Shown piece by piece: positions 63,611 through 64,000 of a stretch of 64,000 bases of DNA; within the stretch, counting starts at the first letter, position 1, and every line of letters begins with the position of its first letter. The notes under the pieces are model-generated. The model had not been told where the DNA came from. It did not search any database and saw only the letters and a program-made list of their open reading frames with translations. The position numbers were made by a program, and so were the translations under genes. The stretch is from a virus. Its lineage: Duplodnaviria > Caudoviricetes. The stretch spans positions 32,001-96,000 of the IMG/VR virus record IMGVR_UViG_2906610324_000001; one strand, 5' to 3'.

Positions 63611-63906
63611 GCCTCTACCGGAAAATGTTGCGCCAGATTTACATCATTCGACACCACTTCATTCGGCCGTTCGATGACGAGGAAATCGAAAAGGCATCAG
63701 TCGAAAATGCATTGCATGACCACAACGCCACAATGCGCCGCCTCGATACCGCCGATCGAGAGATCAGCCAGGCGCAGGGTAGGCTTCGTGAAGCAGTAAG
63801 CCTTTCGCGTTCGTCGAGCGAGTCCGCGCACACATCGCCCCGGCACGACGAAATTGCGCAACTCGTTCATGACATGCGGTCGTTCGGACATAGGCAAGGG
63901 AATTGA
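63607..63906 (+). CDS. Hypothetical protein
   Basis: GGAGG RBS, ATGA coupling. Confidence 0.6.
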   Translation: MSLYRKMLRQIYIIRHHFIRPFDDEEIEKASVENALHDHNATMRRLDTADREISQAQGRLREAVSLSRSSSESAHTSPRHDEIAQLVHDMRSFGHRQGN

Positions 63907-63907
63907 A

Positions 63908-64000
63908 ATGCTAAAGTTTCTGGAGGGAGCTAACGGTACGCTGGCGTTTCTGCTTATCTTTGCCTGCTTCATGTTCGGCGTCTACATGGTCCGCGAGATC
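63908..64000 (+). CDS. Membrane protein (3' end outside the window)
   Basis: MLKFLEGANGTLAFLLIFACFMFGVYMVREI... Confidence 0.5.
   Translation, partial: MLKFLEGANGTLAFLLIFACFMFGVYMVREI

Larger units (their letters stand above)
1..64000. mobile_element. Temperate siphovirus prophage (HK97-type head, long non-contractile tail); both ends outside the window; probably packaging-defective
   Basis: Contiguous replication, packaging, head, tail and lysis genes with many 4-bp start/stop overlaps; no housekeeping operons. Confidence 0.95.

Noticed and set aside
1-64000. tRNA/rRNA genes and attL/attR
   Set aside because: None recognisable by eye; the prophage boundaries appear to lie outside the window

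Overview
The whole 64 kb window lies inside one large temperate siphovirus prophage of a high-GC alphaproteobacterium. The host assignment (Hyphomicrobiales/Bradyrhizobium-like) is inferred from GcrA and DnaN. No integrase or att site is visible. Left to right: (i) 1-13.1 kb, early/replication module with GcrA, a LexA-like HTH, three DNA methyltransferases, gp88-like, RuvC-like, DnaN, a possible TGT-fold protein, AP2, a Toprim primase and DnaB; (ii) a two-gene accessory cassette, a putative late regulator and a packaging HNH; (iii) a PARIS-like defence pair (AAA ATPase + DUF4435) whose DUF4435 gene is frameshifted; (iv) a ~12.5 kb minus-strand block of about 26 mostly small genes just left of a putative cos site; (v) a TerS/TerL locus fused by a deletion, then HK97-type head, neck and tail genes, with four signal-peptide genes and a multi-hairpin leader inside the tail operon; (vi) tail tip/fibre and lysis genes. 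The best candidate for an undescribed system is block (iv). It looks like a first-injected 'leading region' for anti-defence: it carries a DUF3560 methyltransferase and a stand-alone ArdC-N domain, is bracketed by HTH genes, has ten copies of a start-associated hairpin GCGCR-ATNG-TGCGC-AA at a near-fixed distance from the ATG, has a second junction repeat, and is depleted of certain restriction-type words. The second-best candidate is the cassette of four exported proteins in the tail operon. All family calls come from motif recognition by eye; no database search was run.
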